Assembly: GCA_017399165.1 (NCBI GenBank)
Contig: JAFQEF010000079.1
Span: 14,005 to 78,004, forward strand
DNA from: Akkermansia sp.
GTDB lineage: Bacteria; Verrucomicrobiota; Verrucomicrobiia; Verrucomicrobiales; Akkermansiaceae
DNA length: 64,000 bases
Direction of reading: 5' to 3'
Shown: one piece after another, positions 1-10,333 of the stretch
How positions within the stretch are numbered: the first letter of the stretch is position 1
Layout: every line of letters begins with the position of its first letter
Made by a program: the position numbers and the translations under genes
Notes under the pieces: model-generated
Told to the model about the DNA's origin: nothing
Databases searched by the model: none
The model's input: the letters and a program-made list of their open reading frames with translations, nothing else

Positions 1-1
1 G

Positions 2-1552
2 CCCGAGGCCGTAGCCATTGAAAAAGAGCCCGAGGATGCCCTCAAGGTGCGCACCCCCATCATAACTGTGATGGGGCACGTGGACCACGGCAAAACCTCC
101 CTGCTCGACTACATTCGCCGCACCAAGGTGGTATCCGGTGAGGCCGGTGGCATTACTCAGCACATCGGTGCCTACTCCGTAGACCACAACGGCAGCTTGC
201 TTACATTCATTGACATCCCCGGCCACGCCATCTTTACCGAGATGCGCGCCCGTGGTGCCGACGTAACGGATATTGTGGTACTTGTTGTTGCCGCCAACGA
301 TGGCATTATGCCCCAAACCAAGGAGGCCATTATGCATGCCAAGGCAGCCGGCAAAACCATTATTGTGGCCGTCAACAAGTGTGACCTGCCCACGGCAGAC
401 CCCATTCGTGTGCGCACACAGCTGATGGAAAACGACCTCATGCCCACGGATTTTGGTGGCGAGGTAGAGTGCGTGGATGTATCTGCCCACACCGGCGCAG
501 GTATAGATGACCTGCTCGACCTACTCTGCTTGCAGGCAGAGGTGATGGAGCTCAAGGCTAACCCTCGTGGCAACTGCCGCGCCTCCATTATTGAGGCCCG
601 TATCGAACAGGGTAAAGGCAGCTCCGCTACCGTGATTGTACAGAGTGGCACCCTCAAGGTAGGTATGCCCTTCATCTGCGGCCCGTATGCAGGTAAGGTT
701 AAGACCCTTTTCAACGACCAAGGCAAAGCCATCAAGAAAGTAACCCCGGGCATGCCCGCAGAGGTATCCGGATTCTTGCAGACCCCCAACGTGGGTGACG
801 AGATGGTGGAAATGGACAACGAACGCGCCGCCCGTAAGCTCTCCGAAGAGCGACAGGAAGAACTGCGCCAACAGCGTTTGGCTGCACCCAAGCGCTCCCG
901 TATGGAGGATATTCTTGCCATGATGGGTGACGGCAGCCAAAAAGCTGTACTCAAACTCTACCTCAAGGGTGACGTGCAAGGCTCTGTGGAGGCCATCAAG
1001 AAGGCTATCCTCGACATCGAGAGCGAGAAGGTGGAGTGCCAATTCATCGGTGCCTCTGCCGGTCCCATCTCTGAGAGCGACATTCTGCTGGCTTCTTCCT
1101 CAGATGCCATTGTGCTCGGCTTCAATGTGAAGGTAGAGAGCAATGCCGTAAAGGCCGTGAAGCGTGAAGGCGTGCAGGTAAAGATATACTCCATTGTATA
1201 TGAGCTGATTGACCAGGTTAAGGATGCCATGCTCGGTCTGCTTGAGCCGGAGACTCGTGAGACAATTCTGGGTCATGCAGAAATCAGGCAGGTATTTAAA
1301 TTGAACAAAGGCAAAGCTGCGGGGTCTTATGTATCTGACGGCAAGATGCTGCGTACCGCCGAAGCTCGTGTTCTGCGAGATGGTCAGGTGGTATTCGATG
1401 GTCGCATGTCGACGCTCCGTCGCTTCCAGGATGAAGTGGAGGAGGTCAAGAGTGGCCTTGAGTGCGGTATTCGACTTGCCGACTACAATGACTACGAAGA
1501 GGGTGACATCATTGAATGCTACTCTCTGGAGAAGATTAAACAAACACTCTGA
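2..1552 (+). CDS. infB: translation initiation factor IF-2, C-terminal ~516 aa (5' end outside window)
   Basis: Frame is open to the window edge (..EKEPEDALKVRTPIITVMGHVDHGKT). GTPase motifs GHVDHGKT, DIPGH and NKCD are present. Followed by rbfA as in the conserved infB-rbfA arrangement. Confidence 0.95.
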   Translation, partial: PEAVAIEKEPEDALKVRTPIITVMGHVDHGKTSLLDYIRRTKVVSGEAGGITQHIGAYSVDHNGSLLTFIDIPGHAIFTEMRARGADVTDIVVLVVAANDGIMPQTKEAIMHAKAAGKTIIVAVNKCDLPTADPIRVRTQLMENDLMPTDFGGEVECVDVSAHTGAGIDDLLDLLCLQAEVMELKANPRGNCRASIIEARIEQGKGSSATVIVQSGTLKVGMPFICGPYAGKVKTLFNDQGKAIKKVTPGMPAEVSGFLQTPNVGDEMVEMDNERAARKLSEERQEELRQQRLAAPKRSRMEDILAMMGDGSQKAVLKLYLKGDVQGSVEAIKKAILDIESEKVECQFIGASAGPISESDILLASSSDAIVLGFNVKVESNAVKAVKREGVQVKIYSIVYELIDQVKDAMLGLLEPETRETILGHAEIRQVFKLNKGKAAGSYVSDGKMLRTAEARVLRDGQVVFDGRMSTLRRFQDEVEEVKSGLECGIRLADYNDYEEGDIIECYSLEKIKQTL

Positions 1553-1569
1553 TAAAGCGACACTATACC

Positions 1570-1956
1570 ATGGCCTCACGACGACTTGACAAAGTAAACG
1601 AGCTGATGCGCCGCGAAATCGGCACTTTTGTACAAAAAGAGTTTGATTGGAACGGCACCATTGTTTCTATTCTTGATGTTGAGATTACGGAAGACCTCAA
1701 GGAAGGACGCGTTTGGGTTGGCGTTGTGGGGCGCATGGCGCCGTCTCAGGTGATTGAAAAGCTCACCAAAAACCGTGGGCTTATCCAAAAAGCAGTAAGT
1801 AAGCGTGTTGTGTTACGCAACACGCCCAAGCTTACTTTTAAGCACGATAACTCGGCGCAACGCGGGGTTGCCATGGTAAACCTGCTTGATGATATTGAGC
1901 AAAATCTGCCCAAGGCTCCCCCCCTGCCCGAGGGTGAGTTTGATCCCGAAATCTGA
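1570..1956 (+). CDS. rbfA: ribosome-binding factor A
   Basis: 128-aa ORF directly after infB. N-terminus RRLDKVNELMRREIGTFV.. matches the RbfA family pattern (R-x-x-R-V-x-E-x-I-R-R-E-I). Confidence 0.85.
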   Translation: MASRRLDKVNELMRREIGTFVQKEFDWNGTIVSILDVEITEDLKEGRVWVGVVGRMAPSQVIEKLTKNRGLIQKAVSKRVVLRNTPKLTFKHDNSAQRGVAMVNLLDDIEQNLPKAPPLPEGEFDPEI

Positions 1957-1982
1957 AGTTCTGCTGCGCATCAACTAAATCA

Positions 1983-4900
1983 ATGAGCAAGAAACTGGCT
2001 ATCAAACGCGTCGGCTCTTTTATACCAACGCTCTGTTTGCTGGTGTTCTTGCTATTTTGTATTACAGCCACTTGGCTGTCTACAGTAGGGCTTCCGCGGT
2101 CTGTTATTGATAAAATTGAACAGGCTGTGGCAGCTGAGGGGGTACCCATCAAGATTGAAAAAATCACCCTCAACATATTCTGGCGTGCCGGTGTTGTTGC
2201 AGAGGATATCAAGATTTTTGCAGCGCCGGAAGACACCACCCCCATCGTCACGGCAGATTCCCTTTCTGCCTCCTTTGCTCCGCTCAAACTATTTGTCGGT
2301 GAAATAGAGCCCAAAACGCTTATTCTGGAGAACGGCAAGGTAGCACTCCCAATTTCCGACACACAAGATTACCATGAACTGGCGGCAACAAATATTAACA
2401 TATCTGCCGCTTTTCACAAACAATTTGTTACAGTAAATGCCTCTGAGCTCAAGCTGCAAGGTATACCTATTTATCTGAAAGGGGCATTTAACATAGAGGA
2501 GTTAATGACCGGAGAATCAGCCGAAGAAGAGCAGGAGAAATTGGTTATACCGGCCATTATTAAGACCATTCAGAGCATTGTAGACCGCACCTACCATCAA
2601 ATTGAAGAGCAACATTGGGCACCCAACGAATACCCGGAGCTACATTTGAACATTGCTGCCGGCAAGGAAATTAAATTACAAGTACAAGCAAACGCGCCGA
2701 AGTACGATATTGATCAATTCTGCTTCAGAGATGCGAAGATTGATTTTGATTACGAGGGCGACCGATTTATCATCAATAATTTAGGATTCAAGACCATCAA
2801 GCCGGACTCTCATGTTCAATTAAAAGGCGGCTATGAGCTGGAAACCCGAAAACTCACATTAACGCTGGAAAGCGATGCTGCCCTGCTAGAAATGGCAAAA
2901 GCTTTGTCAGAAGGTGAGACCTTGAAGTGGTTGAACAAGTTCAGCCACAAAGAGGAAAATTGCCCGCACATACAATTACAAATCAATGCAGAGTTCGGAG
3001 AGGATTTCAGTTTAAATACAGCCACTTTTAATGGTGAAATTGAGCAAAAAGAACTCAACATCGGAGACTCGGAGATTGAGCATTTGTTCATTTCCTTCTT
3101 CTATAATGATGGCAATTTCAATGTAGATAACCTCACCCTCAAATTCCCCGACGGTAAGGTTAAATTTACTGCCGTATCTAATAATGGCCAAGGCAACGCA
3201 GAAATTCAAGCGGATTTATCCATCATCAGAACCGTTTCTCTGATTAATGAATTTCTGACAGAGCCCCTTATCATCCCCATGGGCTTAAAGCTCGGGGACA
3301 CCATGAAGCTGACCGCCAAGGCAGACTTAGGCATGCCGGAATTTAAAGCCGGGGATACTTATGCGCACCACTTTATCCCCGAATTGAAAAAGCTTGATGT
3401 GAGCCTAGCTCTTAAAAAGCTGGCATTCCTCGGCTATGAGCTCAAAGCCCCGGTTATCAGCCTATCCACCTGCAAGGAGCAAGGTGAAACAGACAATTTA
3501 TCGCTGAAAGCCAAGGATATACTGGTGAACTTGCAAGCAGATGAAATTCACTGTGATGTCAGCGAAACGCAACAGCTTAAAACCGCACATTCTGCATTAA
3601 ATATACATTTGCAAGACTACGCGCGGAACCCGGAGAACGGGGATATTGAACTTGGCGCAGCAACGGTTGAACTCAACGGCAAGAAATTAGATTGGAATGG
3701 ACTTGTCTCTGAACAATTCAACCTGAAAGGAGATTTAAGGCACCTATTACACAGCGAATCCCAAAGTGGGATTAAAGGTGGAGAGTTGGTTTTAAATATC
3801 AATCAGTTGTCAAAAAAGCAACTGACTATCGGAGCCCTTACACTTACCGCCAAGGCAGATGCCAAAGAGGGCTGCACCATGCCGGATTCTCTTGCGGACG
3901 TATCCGTGAACTTGGATGTCAGCAGAATCACCTATGAGGATAAAGAAATGGGGGATCTGCATGCGGCTCTGAATGTTCCCAATGATGAGGAAGGGAAACT
4001 GGACCTAAAATTCACGCCAAACGACTCTGCGGATGCTAAACATGCAACCATAACGGCCACCACAGCTATCGAGGACGACGCAACGCTCAACATACGCCAA
4101 TTGGAGGCATATCTCCCCTGCTCCAATTTAGAACATGTAACGGAAGCACTCGGGATACAGATACAAGATATCGAAATGCCGCATGATGTCACCTTGAGCG
4201 GAGACCTGAGTCTTAACTTTGACACGCAATCACTCAACCATGCCAACATTAAAGCCAACATACCGCACTTAGTGCGCACTCCGCACTATATCAAGGGGTT
4301 CCAAGGAGAAAAGATAAAAGTTTCCGTTGAAGCGGATATTAAAGCACAAGGACGGGAAAACGGCAATGTGGCATACAGTGGAGATGTTAAAGTCAACCAC
4401 GAAACCGGAGAATTACTTGCCAAAGTAGAGGGCAATACAGCCACGCACCTGCATGTTACCGGTGATAACACCATACGCCCCGATATTGTTGATCAACTAC
4501 TGGATTACAAGGATGCACACGAAATCATCCGAGATTTCCGCTTTACACAGAATAGTAAAACCGCCATCAACAACATTGTGGTAGATGTCAAATATGATAA
4601 CGGCCTTGATGTTGCGGTAGACTGCGATATTACGCTGAATGATGTACAATACCAACTCTCTGCCATTGTAGAAGATGAAGACGGCAACGAGGTGGGAGAT
4701 AAAAAACTTGGTAAGCTTCCCTTTACCTCTGTAACCAAAGCCATTACTCATTTGCGTGCAGATTATCGTGAGGATATTGTACAAGACGGTAAAACGCTGC
4801 CCACTGTAATTGACATCACGATGTCGGATGTCACGCTGCAATACGATAATAAACCCTGGCTGCAATTACAGGATTTCTCCCCCCTGGGGCTCAGCAAGCA

Positions 4901-6092
4901 AGGACCGGGGGCAAAATCTCACAAGACCGCAACCCTTACCGGGGACAAGGTTGTTATAGATATAGAAAACGGAGCCGTACGCCTTACCAATGTAAAAGGC
5001 AATGTGTATGCTGCCTATTCCTTGGGGATGTTCTACTCGGATTTGAGGGATTTCCTGAGTATTCTTATCACGCCGTACCCCACCGCTATCAACACACAAT
5101 ACTGCCAATTCCCCATCTATTCTGATAGTAAGGAGGAAATGAAGGGGCATATACATGTGGAAAGCCCCAAACTTGTCGGGCTGGATTTTCTTGGTACAAA
5201 AATACCGTTAACCCGGTTCACAGGGTTCATTACACTGAAAGACGACTACGTGTACTTGGACCGCATGAATGCCCTGTGTTGGAACGGCACAGTAAATGCG
5301 GCTATTAAAATAGGCATTTCTGATAGTGCCCCCGCCTTTGATGGTCAAGTTACGGCGCAAAATATGGACCTCAAGAAGATAGCCAAGGCTTATAAGACAG
5401 ACATGGATTCTGCGCTTTGCGAGGCAAACATCAGATTCCGCTCCAAAACATCGGACTTGAATGATATCCAAGCATATGGCAATGCACGTATTGTCAATGG
5501 TAATCTACTTTCCCTGAGCATTTTCCAACCCATCGGGGCTTTTGTTTCAGACATTACAGGCAACATACGCGAGCTTGACGAGTCCGTCAAAAAACACAAA
5601 ACGAAAAATGTGCTGCAAAGGCTCTCCGGTGCAACGGGGTCTACCATTAATGCGATTGGCACACAGCTGGATCGCACCGCCCAATACATACCCGGTTATA
5701 ATCATGTCTTTGCTTATGACCTCCAAAATGCCTTTATTGACTTCGTGATAGATAAAGGACATTTCAAAACAACCAAACTTAAAGCCTTGGGTTATAACTT
5801 GAAGGTAACGGGTGTACTGGATATCAATCTCAATAACATGAAGATATACGGCAATATGTGGCCGCAGGTTTCCAGCTTGCCCACGATATTGCTCTCCCCC
5901 ATCACCTTCTTGTCAGATTTCATGCTGGATATCGTCATCTACGGCGAGGTGGATGATTTGCAATGGGAGTTCCGACTCGACCCACGAATCAGCGACAACA
6001 ATCCTATGACGGCAAACTCCGGCAAAGACTCTGAATGCCCGGATGCACCAAAAGGGAAAAAAGCGGCTACTAAGCCCAAGAAAAAGAAATAA
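1983..6092 (+). CDS. very large membrane-anchored envelope protein (AsmA/TamB/YhdP-like architecture; function uncertain)
   Basis: Uninterrupted 1369-aa ORF. It has an N-terminal TM anchor (VGSFIPTLCLLVFLLFCITATWL), a long beta-rich body and a Lys-rich tail (KGKKAATKPKKKK). The call rests on architecture only, not on motif-level homology. Real-gene status is high; product call is low confidence. Confidence 0.45.
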   Translation: MSKKLAIKRVGSFIPTLCLLVFLLFCITATWLSTVGLPRSVIDKIEQAVAAEGVPIKIEKITLNIFWRAGVVAEDIKIFAAPEDTTPIVTADSLSASFAPLKLFVGEIEPKTLILENGKVALPISDTQDYHELAATNINISAAFHKQFVTVNASELKLQGIPIYLKGAFNIEELMTGESAEEEQEKLVIPAIIKTIQSIVDRTYHQIEEQHWAPNEYPELHLNIAAGKEIKLQVQANAPKYDIDQFCFRDAKIDFDYEGDRFIINNLGFKTIKPDSHVQLKGGYELETRKLTLTLESDAALLEMAKALSEGETLKWLNKFSHKEENCPHIQLQINAEFGEDFSLNTATFNGEIEQKELNIGDSEIEHLFISFFYNDGNFNVDNLTLKFPDGKVKFTAVSNNGQGNAEIQADLSIIRTVSLINEFLTEPLIIPMGLKLGDTMKLTAKADLGMPEFKAGDTYAHHFIPELKKLDVSLALKKLAFLGYELKAPVISLSTCKEQGETDNLSLKAKDILVNLQADEIHCDVSETQQLKTAHSALNIHLQDYARNPENGDIELGAATVELNGKKLDWNGLVSEQFNLKGDLRHLLHSESQSGIKGGELVLNINQLSKKQLTIGALTLTAKADAKEGCTMPDSLADVSVNLDVSRITYEDKEMGDLHAALNVPNDEEGKLDLKFTPNDSADAKHATITATTAIEDDATLNIRQLEAYLPCSNLEHVTEALGIQIQDIEMPHDVTLSGDLSLNFDTQSLNHANIKANIPHLVRTPHYIKGFQGEKIKVSVEADIKAQGRENGNVAYSGDVKVNHETGELLAKVEGNTATHLHVTGDNTIRPDIVDQLLDYKDAHEIIRDFRFTQNSKTAINNIVVDVKYDNGLDVAVDCDITLNDVQYQLSAIVEDEDGNEVGDKKLGKLPFTSVTKAITHLRADYREDIVQDGKTLPTVIDITMSDVTLQYDNKPWLQLQDFSPLGLSKQGPGAKSHKTATLTGDKVVIDIENGAVRLTNVKGNVYAAYSLGMFYSDLRDFLSILITPYPTAINTQYCQFPIYSDSKEEMKGHIHVESPKLVGLDFLGTKIPLTRFTGFITLKDDYVYLDRMNALCWNGTVNAAIKIGISDSAPAFDGQVTAQNMDLKKIAKAYKTDMDSALCEANIRFRSKTSDLNDIQAYGNARIVNGNLLSLSIFQPIGAFVSDITGNIRELDESVKKHKTKNVLQRLSGATGSTINAIGTQLDRTAQYIPGYNHVFAYDLQNAFIDFVIDKGHFKTTKLKALGYNLKVTGVLDINLNNMKIYGNMWPQVSSLPTILLSPITFLSDFMLDIVIYGEVDDLQWEFRLDPRISDNNPMTANSGKDSECPDAPKGKKAATKPKKKK

Positions 6093-6100
6093 GTTCCGCC

Positions 6101-7330
6101 TTATTTAATAAGCCCGTATTCCAATATAACGGCAGCCTCTGACTCCACTGCAGATTGAGCTTGAGAAAGAAGCTCCTTCTTCATATCATAGATGGTACGG
6201 TCTCTGGTGATAAGCTCTTCTGCAGATGAAACAGGTTGTTTTTGCAGGTAATCAATGCGCTTTTGCATGTAAGAGCGCCAATTATTGTATTCTTTAACGC
6301 TTTCTTTAAGTGTTGCGAGTTTATTTTTATGCTCAATAATACCGGCTGTTACTTCACGTTTGGCTTTTTCGTATTGGTCTTTGCTGCGCTTGTAATTATT
6401 CCAGGTAGACAAGCGAGTATCAAGAGAGTAACTGAGGCTCAGATTTAAGCGTGTATCCTCCCCACTCAGGAAGGTACCCTGATAAGTACCACCGGATGAT
6501 GAAAAGAGAGACGGACTGTATAACGATGTATTAATTGTCGGCAAATATTGCAACGCTATAGAATACTGATTGAGGCGAGCTTGCTCTAAACGCAAAGCAT
6601 AAGAGCAGACAACCAAATCATCTAATTTGTTCATGCGAGACTCATAAGTGTGCCATGATATGCGAGGCGCAGATGACGGTAAAATAACCCATCTGGCCGA
6701 AAAGTCTCCCAATATCTCACTCATTTTTTGCCAATGAGTAGCGTCTTCGGTTATATGCGTTTTATGAGCCAAAAGTTTATCCTGTTCTGTCAGATCCGGG
6801 TTAGTGGTAGCCAAATCTCTTATTTCCAGCTCAAGTTCACGTCGGCGAACCAACGCATAGAGCTGAGATTCCAGCTCTCTCTCCTTGCCTTCCTTTGCTT
6901 TAACGGCGGCAAAGGTTCTGGCTTTTGCCGCATAAACACGGTACGGAACCTGCGTAAGCGTAGGGATGGAGAATGTAACATTAACGTTTGTGCTGAGATC
7001 GTTAGCGGATATATTGTTAGAAAGCTGATTGATGCTCTTGGTAAAATAACCATAGTAAGACACCCCCGGAATCATATCCGTGTATATGCTTAAACTCTCA
7101 CGCTCTGCCTCATCAATAGCATTCTGCGCATCTGCAAGGGATGCATTGCAGCGCTTGACCATGGCAACCGCCTGCTCCCATGATATAACACGCATGGGTA
7201 ATTTATCCCAGGACTGAGCATCTGCAAATTGCTTGTGTATGTTTGCAGAGACAGAATCTAACCGCTGCTCTAAACTGCAATTGCTTAATAATGCTAAAGT
7301 CAGCAAAGTTATGGTAACAGGCGTGCGCAT
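6101..7330 (-). CDS. TolC-like outer-membrane lipoprotein (outer membrane efflux protein family, tentative)
   Basis: Signal/lipobox-like N-terminus (LLTLALLSNCS). It has an ISWEQAVAMV..N.SL..AQ..IDEAE start and two coiled-coil-rich halves, as is typical of OEP/TolC proteins. Sits 45 nt upstream of the MFS gene on the same strand. Confidence 0.45.
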   Translation of the reverse strand: MRTPVTITLLTLALLSNCSLEQRLDSVSANIHKQFADAQSWDKLPMRVISWEQAVAMVKRCNASLADAQNAIDEAERESLSIYTDMIPGVSYYGYFTKSINQLSNNISANDLSTNVNVTFSIPTLTQVPYRVYAAKARTFAAVKAKEGKERELESQLYALVRRRELELEIRDLATTNPDLTEQDKLLAHKTHITEDATHWQKMSEILGDFSARWVILPSSAPRISWHTYESRMNKLDDLVVCSYALRLEQARLNQYSIALQYLPTINTSLYSPSLFSSSGGTYQGTFLSGEDTRLNLSLSYSLDTRLSTWNNYKRSKDQYEKAKREVTAGIIEHKNKLATLKESVKEYNNWRSYMQKRIDYLQKQPVSSAEELITRDRTIYDMKKELLSQAQSAVESEAAVILEYGLIK

Positions 7331-7375
7331 CCGCAGATGAGTTTATCAAATTACGTGCTCTAAATCAAGCTCCCT

Positions 7376-8644
7376 TTAAACATATTTTTTCATTTTACGG
7401 AAAATGAAGAGCGCCACCACCGCAGAAGACACAGCCAACAGAGCACACTGAGCTTGGGGGGATAGCCCGGCTTCTTTCATGGCAAATTGTACCACTACGG
7501 ACATTATGCCCAAGAAACAATCCACCAAATTACCGGCAGCAATCACATCCCCTCGTTTATCATTGTCTGCTCTATCTTGCAGCAATGCATTGAGCGGCAC
7601 CAAATAACCGGCAGCCATAAAACCGGTAAAGGAGAGAGAAAGGAAGAATAATGTTGTACCATAAGGCACAAATGCCAGTAATATGCAGCCGATGGTCATG
7701 CCGATTCCGCCGGCATTGGCAACCCATGCACGGATTTTCTTGGCACAAACAACAGAAGCCAGAACACCACCCAAAATGGAGCCGCCGCTTATCCAAGCCA
7801 TCAGTAAGGCGGAGTCTTTCTGCTGCCCCAATACCTCCATGAAATCGGCAGAGGAATGCACGGGGTGAGCCGCTGATGCCATTTGGAGCGCAATAAGCAT
7901 CATAGTGCCGGCAATGAACCAGAAGTAGCCGATGCCGACCTCACTATTACGCAGCACGGGATTACGCCACAGCATTTTGAGTTGGGTAAAATGCTCCCAA
8001 AACAGGCTCCATTTAAAGGGTCGAGAGCTTTGCGCCTTAAAACGGGGAATCGTTAAGCTGAGAATAAATACAAGCAAAGCCCCACCTGTGGCACAGGCGC
8101 ATGGCCAAGCTGCCGCCTCAAAGCCGGCAGTAGAGCCCCATTTGCACAAGAGAATATAAACAACGGAAAGAGCCCCGATTTGACCGATAAGAAGAGCCAA
8201 CATGGAGCTAATCTCCAAAATACCGCTGGCAAAGCCGATGTTTTCTGACCCCACAATATCTTTCACCAAGCCCTTTTTTGCAGGGCTGAAAAACATGGCC
8301 TGCACGCAAAAAATGGTAAAGAAGGATATTGCCACCCATAAGTTATGCATGAACAAACCGGCGGTCATACCGGCAAGTACAATCACCTGTAACAATACCA
8401 TAGCCTGAAGCAAGCGCGTTTTACAATAGCGATCCGCAAGCCAGCCACCTAGGGGAGAAAATAAAACAAACGGTAATACAATCAATACGGAAAGCGGGTA
8501 CTGCAACTCTTTTGCCATCCATATACCCAATGCAATCAACAAAAATTGAACCCCCTTCTCATTCAGTGAGTTCATGGATTGTATAACGGTTAGGCTCCAA
8601 AAGGAGCGCCAGGGTGTTTGTTTTGATTCAGGTGAATTGTTCAT
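7376..8644 (-). CDS. MFS transporter, lysophospholipid transporter LplT-like
   Basis: 422 aa with about 12 hydrophobic segments. Motifs FSPAKKGLVKDIVG and VPLNALLQDR resemble E. coli LplT (YSPAKYGILGEL, VPLNALLQER) as I recall that sequence. Confidence 0.6.
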   Translation of the reverse strand: MNNSPESKQTPWRSFWSLTVIQSMNSLNEKGVQFLLIALGIWMAKELQYPLSVLIVLPFVLFSPLGGWLADRYCKTRLLQAMVLLQVIVLAGMTAGLFMHNLWVAISFFTIFCVQAMFFSPAKKGLVKDIVGSENIGFASGILEISSMLALLIGQIGALSVVYILLCKWGSTAGFEAAAWPCACATGGALLVFILSLTIPRFKAQSSRPFKWSLFWEHFTQLKMLWRNPVLRNSEVGIGYFWFIAGTMMLIALQMASAAHPVHSSADFMEVLGQQKDSALLMAWISGGSILGGVLASVVCAKKIRAWVANAGGIGMTIGCILLAFVPYGTTLFFLSLSFTGFMAAGYLVPLNALLQDRADNDKRGDVIAAGNLVDCFLGIMSVVVQFAMKEAGLSPQAQCALLAVSSAVVALFIFRKMKKYV

Positions 8645-8660
8645 GTAGCTATTATATGTG

Positions 8661-8691
8661 GAAAAACGGCCGCACCACTCAGGGTGCGGCC
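8661..8691 (-). terminator. rho-independent terminator-like hairpin after the Sel1-repeat gene
   Basis: GGCCGCACC (8668-8676) / loop actcag / GGTGCGGCC (8683-8691). On the minus strand it is followed by GTTTTTCC. Confidence 0.55.
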
Positions 8692-8712
8692 ATTAAGATG
8701 TGTGTTATTGTA

Positions 8713-9339
8713 TTACCAGTTATTATCTTGCATAAAGAGCGCAGCATTGCGGTGTCCCTGCTCTGCCGCTTTGCCAACCCAGAACTTAGCTTGCTCCATA
8801 TTCTGCGGTACACCTAAGCCCATGTAATAACACTTGCCGAGGTTGTACTGCCCATTGGCATCCTCATTATGAGCCGCCATAGCAAAATACTCTGCCGCCA
8901 TCTCTCTGTTTTGTTCAACGCCCTGCCCGTTCAGGTAATGTAAGCCTAAGTTATTGTACGCAACCGGGCTACCCTGAGCAGCGGCTTTTCTGTACCAATG
9001 AACAGCCGTTTGCATGTTTACGGGTACACCGGCACCGCTGTAATAGCAACCGGCCAGGTTATTCTGTGCATCTGCATTGCCGGAGCGGGCTGAAAGGGTA
9101 TACCAATGTACGGCCTCTGCGGTATCTTTTTTGACACCATAGCCAAAATCATAGCATTTACCCAACATCAGCTGAGCATCCGGGTTACCGCGCTCCGCAG
9201 CTTTGCGATATAACGGCACTGCACCTGTATAATCTTTTGCCTCATACATGGTTTGAGCTCTGTCACATATAGCCTGCGGGGTTTCGCAAGAAACCAGCAC
9301 GCCTAAAAGCAACGCAGGAATAATCAGCTGATGTTTCAT
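8713..9339 (-). CDS. Sel1-like repeat (SLR/TPR-like) lipoprotein
   Basis: Signal peptide plus Cys (LLGVLVSCETP). About five repeats follow the Sel1 pattern A..WY.KAA..G...AQ..LG.CY..G.GV.. Confidence 0.8.
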   Translation of the reverse strand: MKHQLIIPALLLGVLVSCETPQAICDRAQTMYEAKDYTGAVPLYRKAAERGNPDAQLMLGKCYDFGYGVKKDTAEAVHWYTLSARSGNADAQNNLAGCYYSGAGVPVNMQTAVHWYRKAAAQGSPVAYNNLGLHYLNGQGVEQNREMAAEYFAMAAHNEDANGQYNLGKCYYMGLGVPQNMEQAKFWVGKAAEQGHRNAALFMQDNNW

Positions 9340-9355
9340 GGTATGTAGCTATATT

Positions 9356-10288
9356 TTACTCACGTGCAAGCAAATAGCGCTCTGCCTCTATGGCGGCCCA
9401 GCAGCCCATACCGGCAGCTGATACGGCTTGGCGGTACACGGGGTCTGCAACGTCACCGGCAGCAAATAAGCCGGGGGTCTTGGTGGCTGTGCCACCGTTG
9501 ACTCGTTTGATGAATCCGGCCTCATCCACATCCACCAAATCATTCACAAACTTGCTGTTGGGTTTATGACCAATCGCCATGAATACGCACTTGACCTCCA
9601 GCGGACGCTGCTCCCCCGTAACCGTATCTTGAAGCGTTACGGCGCAAAGTTCTCCGGCGTCATCCTTGCTGTATGCAGCAATCGTGCTGTTCCATACGGG
9701 CTCAATCTTGGGGTTAGAGAGTACACGCTGCTGCATGGCCTTGCTGGCGCGCAGCTGGTCTCTGCGGTGAATAAGGTATACCTTTGAGGCAAAACGAGTC
9801 AGGAAAGAGGCCTCCTCGCAAGCGCTGTCGCCACCACCTACTACGCACACGGGTACATCGCGGTAAAAGGCGCCATCGCAGGTGGCACAGGCGGTGAGAC
9901 CATGGCCGATAAGCTCTTTTTCGCCTTCGATACCCAAATAGCGGGCGGTTGCACCTGTTGCTATAATCACGGCCTCTGCCTTGTAGGCACCACCGGATGT
10001 TGTTACGACAAACAAGTCGCTGCATGCTTCCTTTGTGACGGAAAGCACGTTTTCATACGCATAACGAGCCCCGAACTTCTCTGCCTGCTGGCTCATGTTG
10101 AACATGAGATCCGGGCCCATGATTCCCTCCGGAAAACCGGGGAAGTTCTCAATCTCCGTTGTTGTCGTGAGCTGACCGCCGAGCTGTTCTCCGGTAAATA
10201 CCAAAGGTGACAAATCTGCACGTGCTGCATAGATAGCAGCCGTGTAGCCGGCAGGTCCCGTTCCTATAATAATTAATTTCTCGTCCAT
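9356..10288 (-). CDS. trxB: thioredoxin-disulfide reductase
   Basis: 310 aa with GTGPAGYTAA FAD motif, redox-active CATCDG and GGGDSACEEA NADPH motif. Confidence 0.95.
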   Translation of the reverse strand: MDEKLIIIGTGPAGYTAAIYAARADLSPLVFTGEQLGGQLTTTTEIENFPGFPEGIMGPDLMFNMSQQAEKFGARYAYENVLSVTKEACSDLFVVTTSGGAYKAEAVIIATGATARYLGIEGEKELIGHGLTACATCDGAFYRDVPVCVVGGGDSACEEASFLTRFASKVYLIHRRDQLRASKAMQQRVLSNPKIEPVWNSTIAAYSKDDAGELCAVTLQDTVTGEQRPLEVKCVFMAIGHKPNSKFVNDLVDVDEAGFIKRVNGGTATKTPGLFAAGDVADPVYRQAVSAAGMGCWAAIEAERYLLARE

Positions 10289-10333
10289 TGCCGTTATATT
10301 ACATGATATTTTTGCTCACCGCAAGAAGAATAT

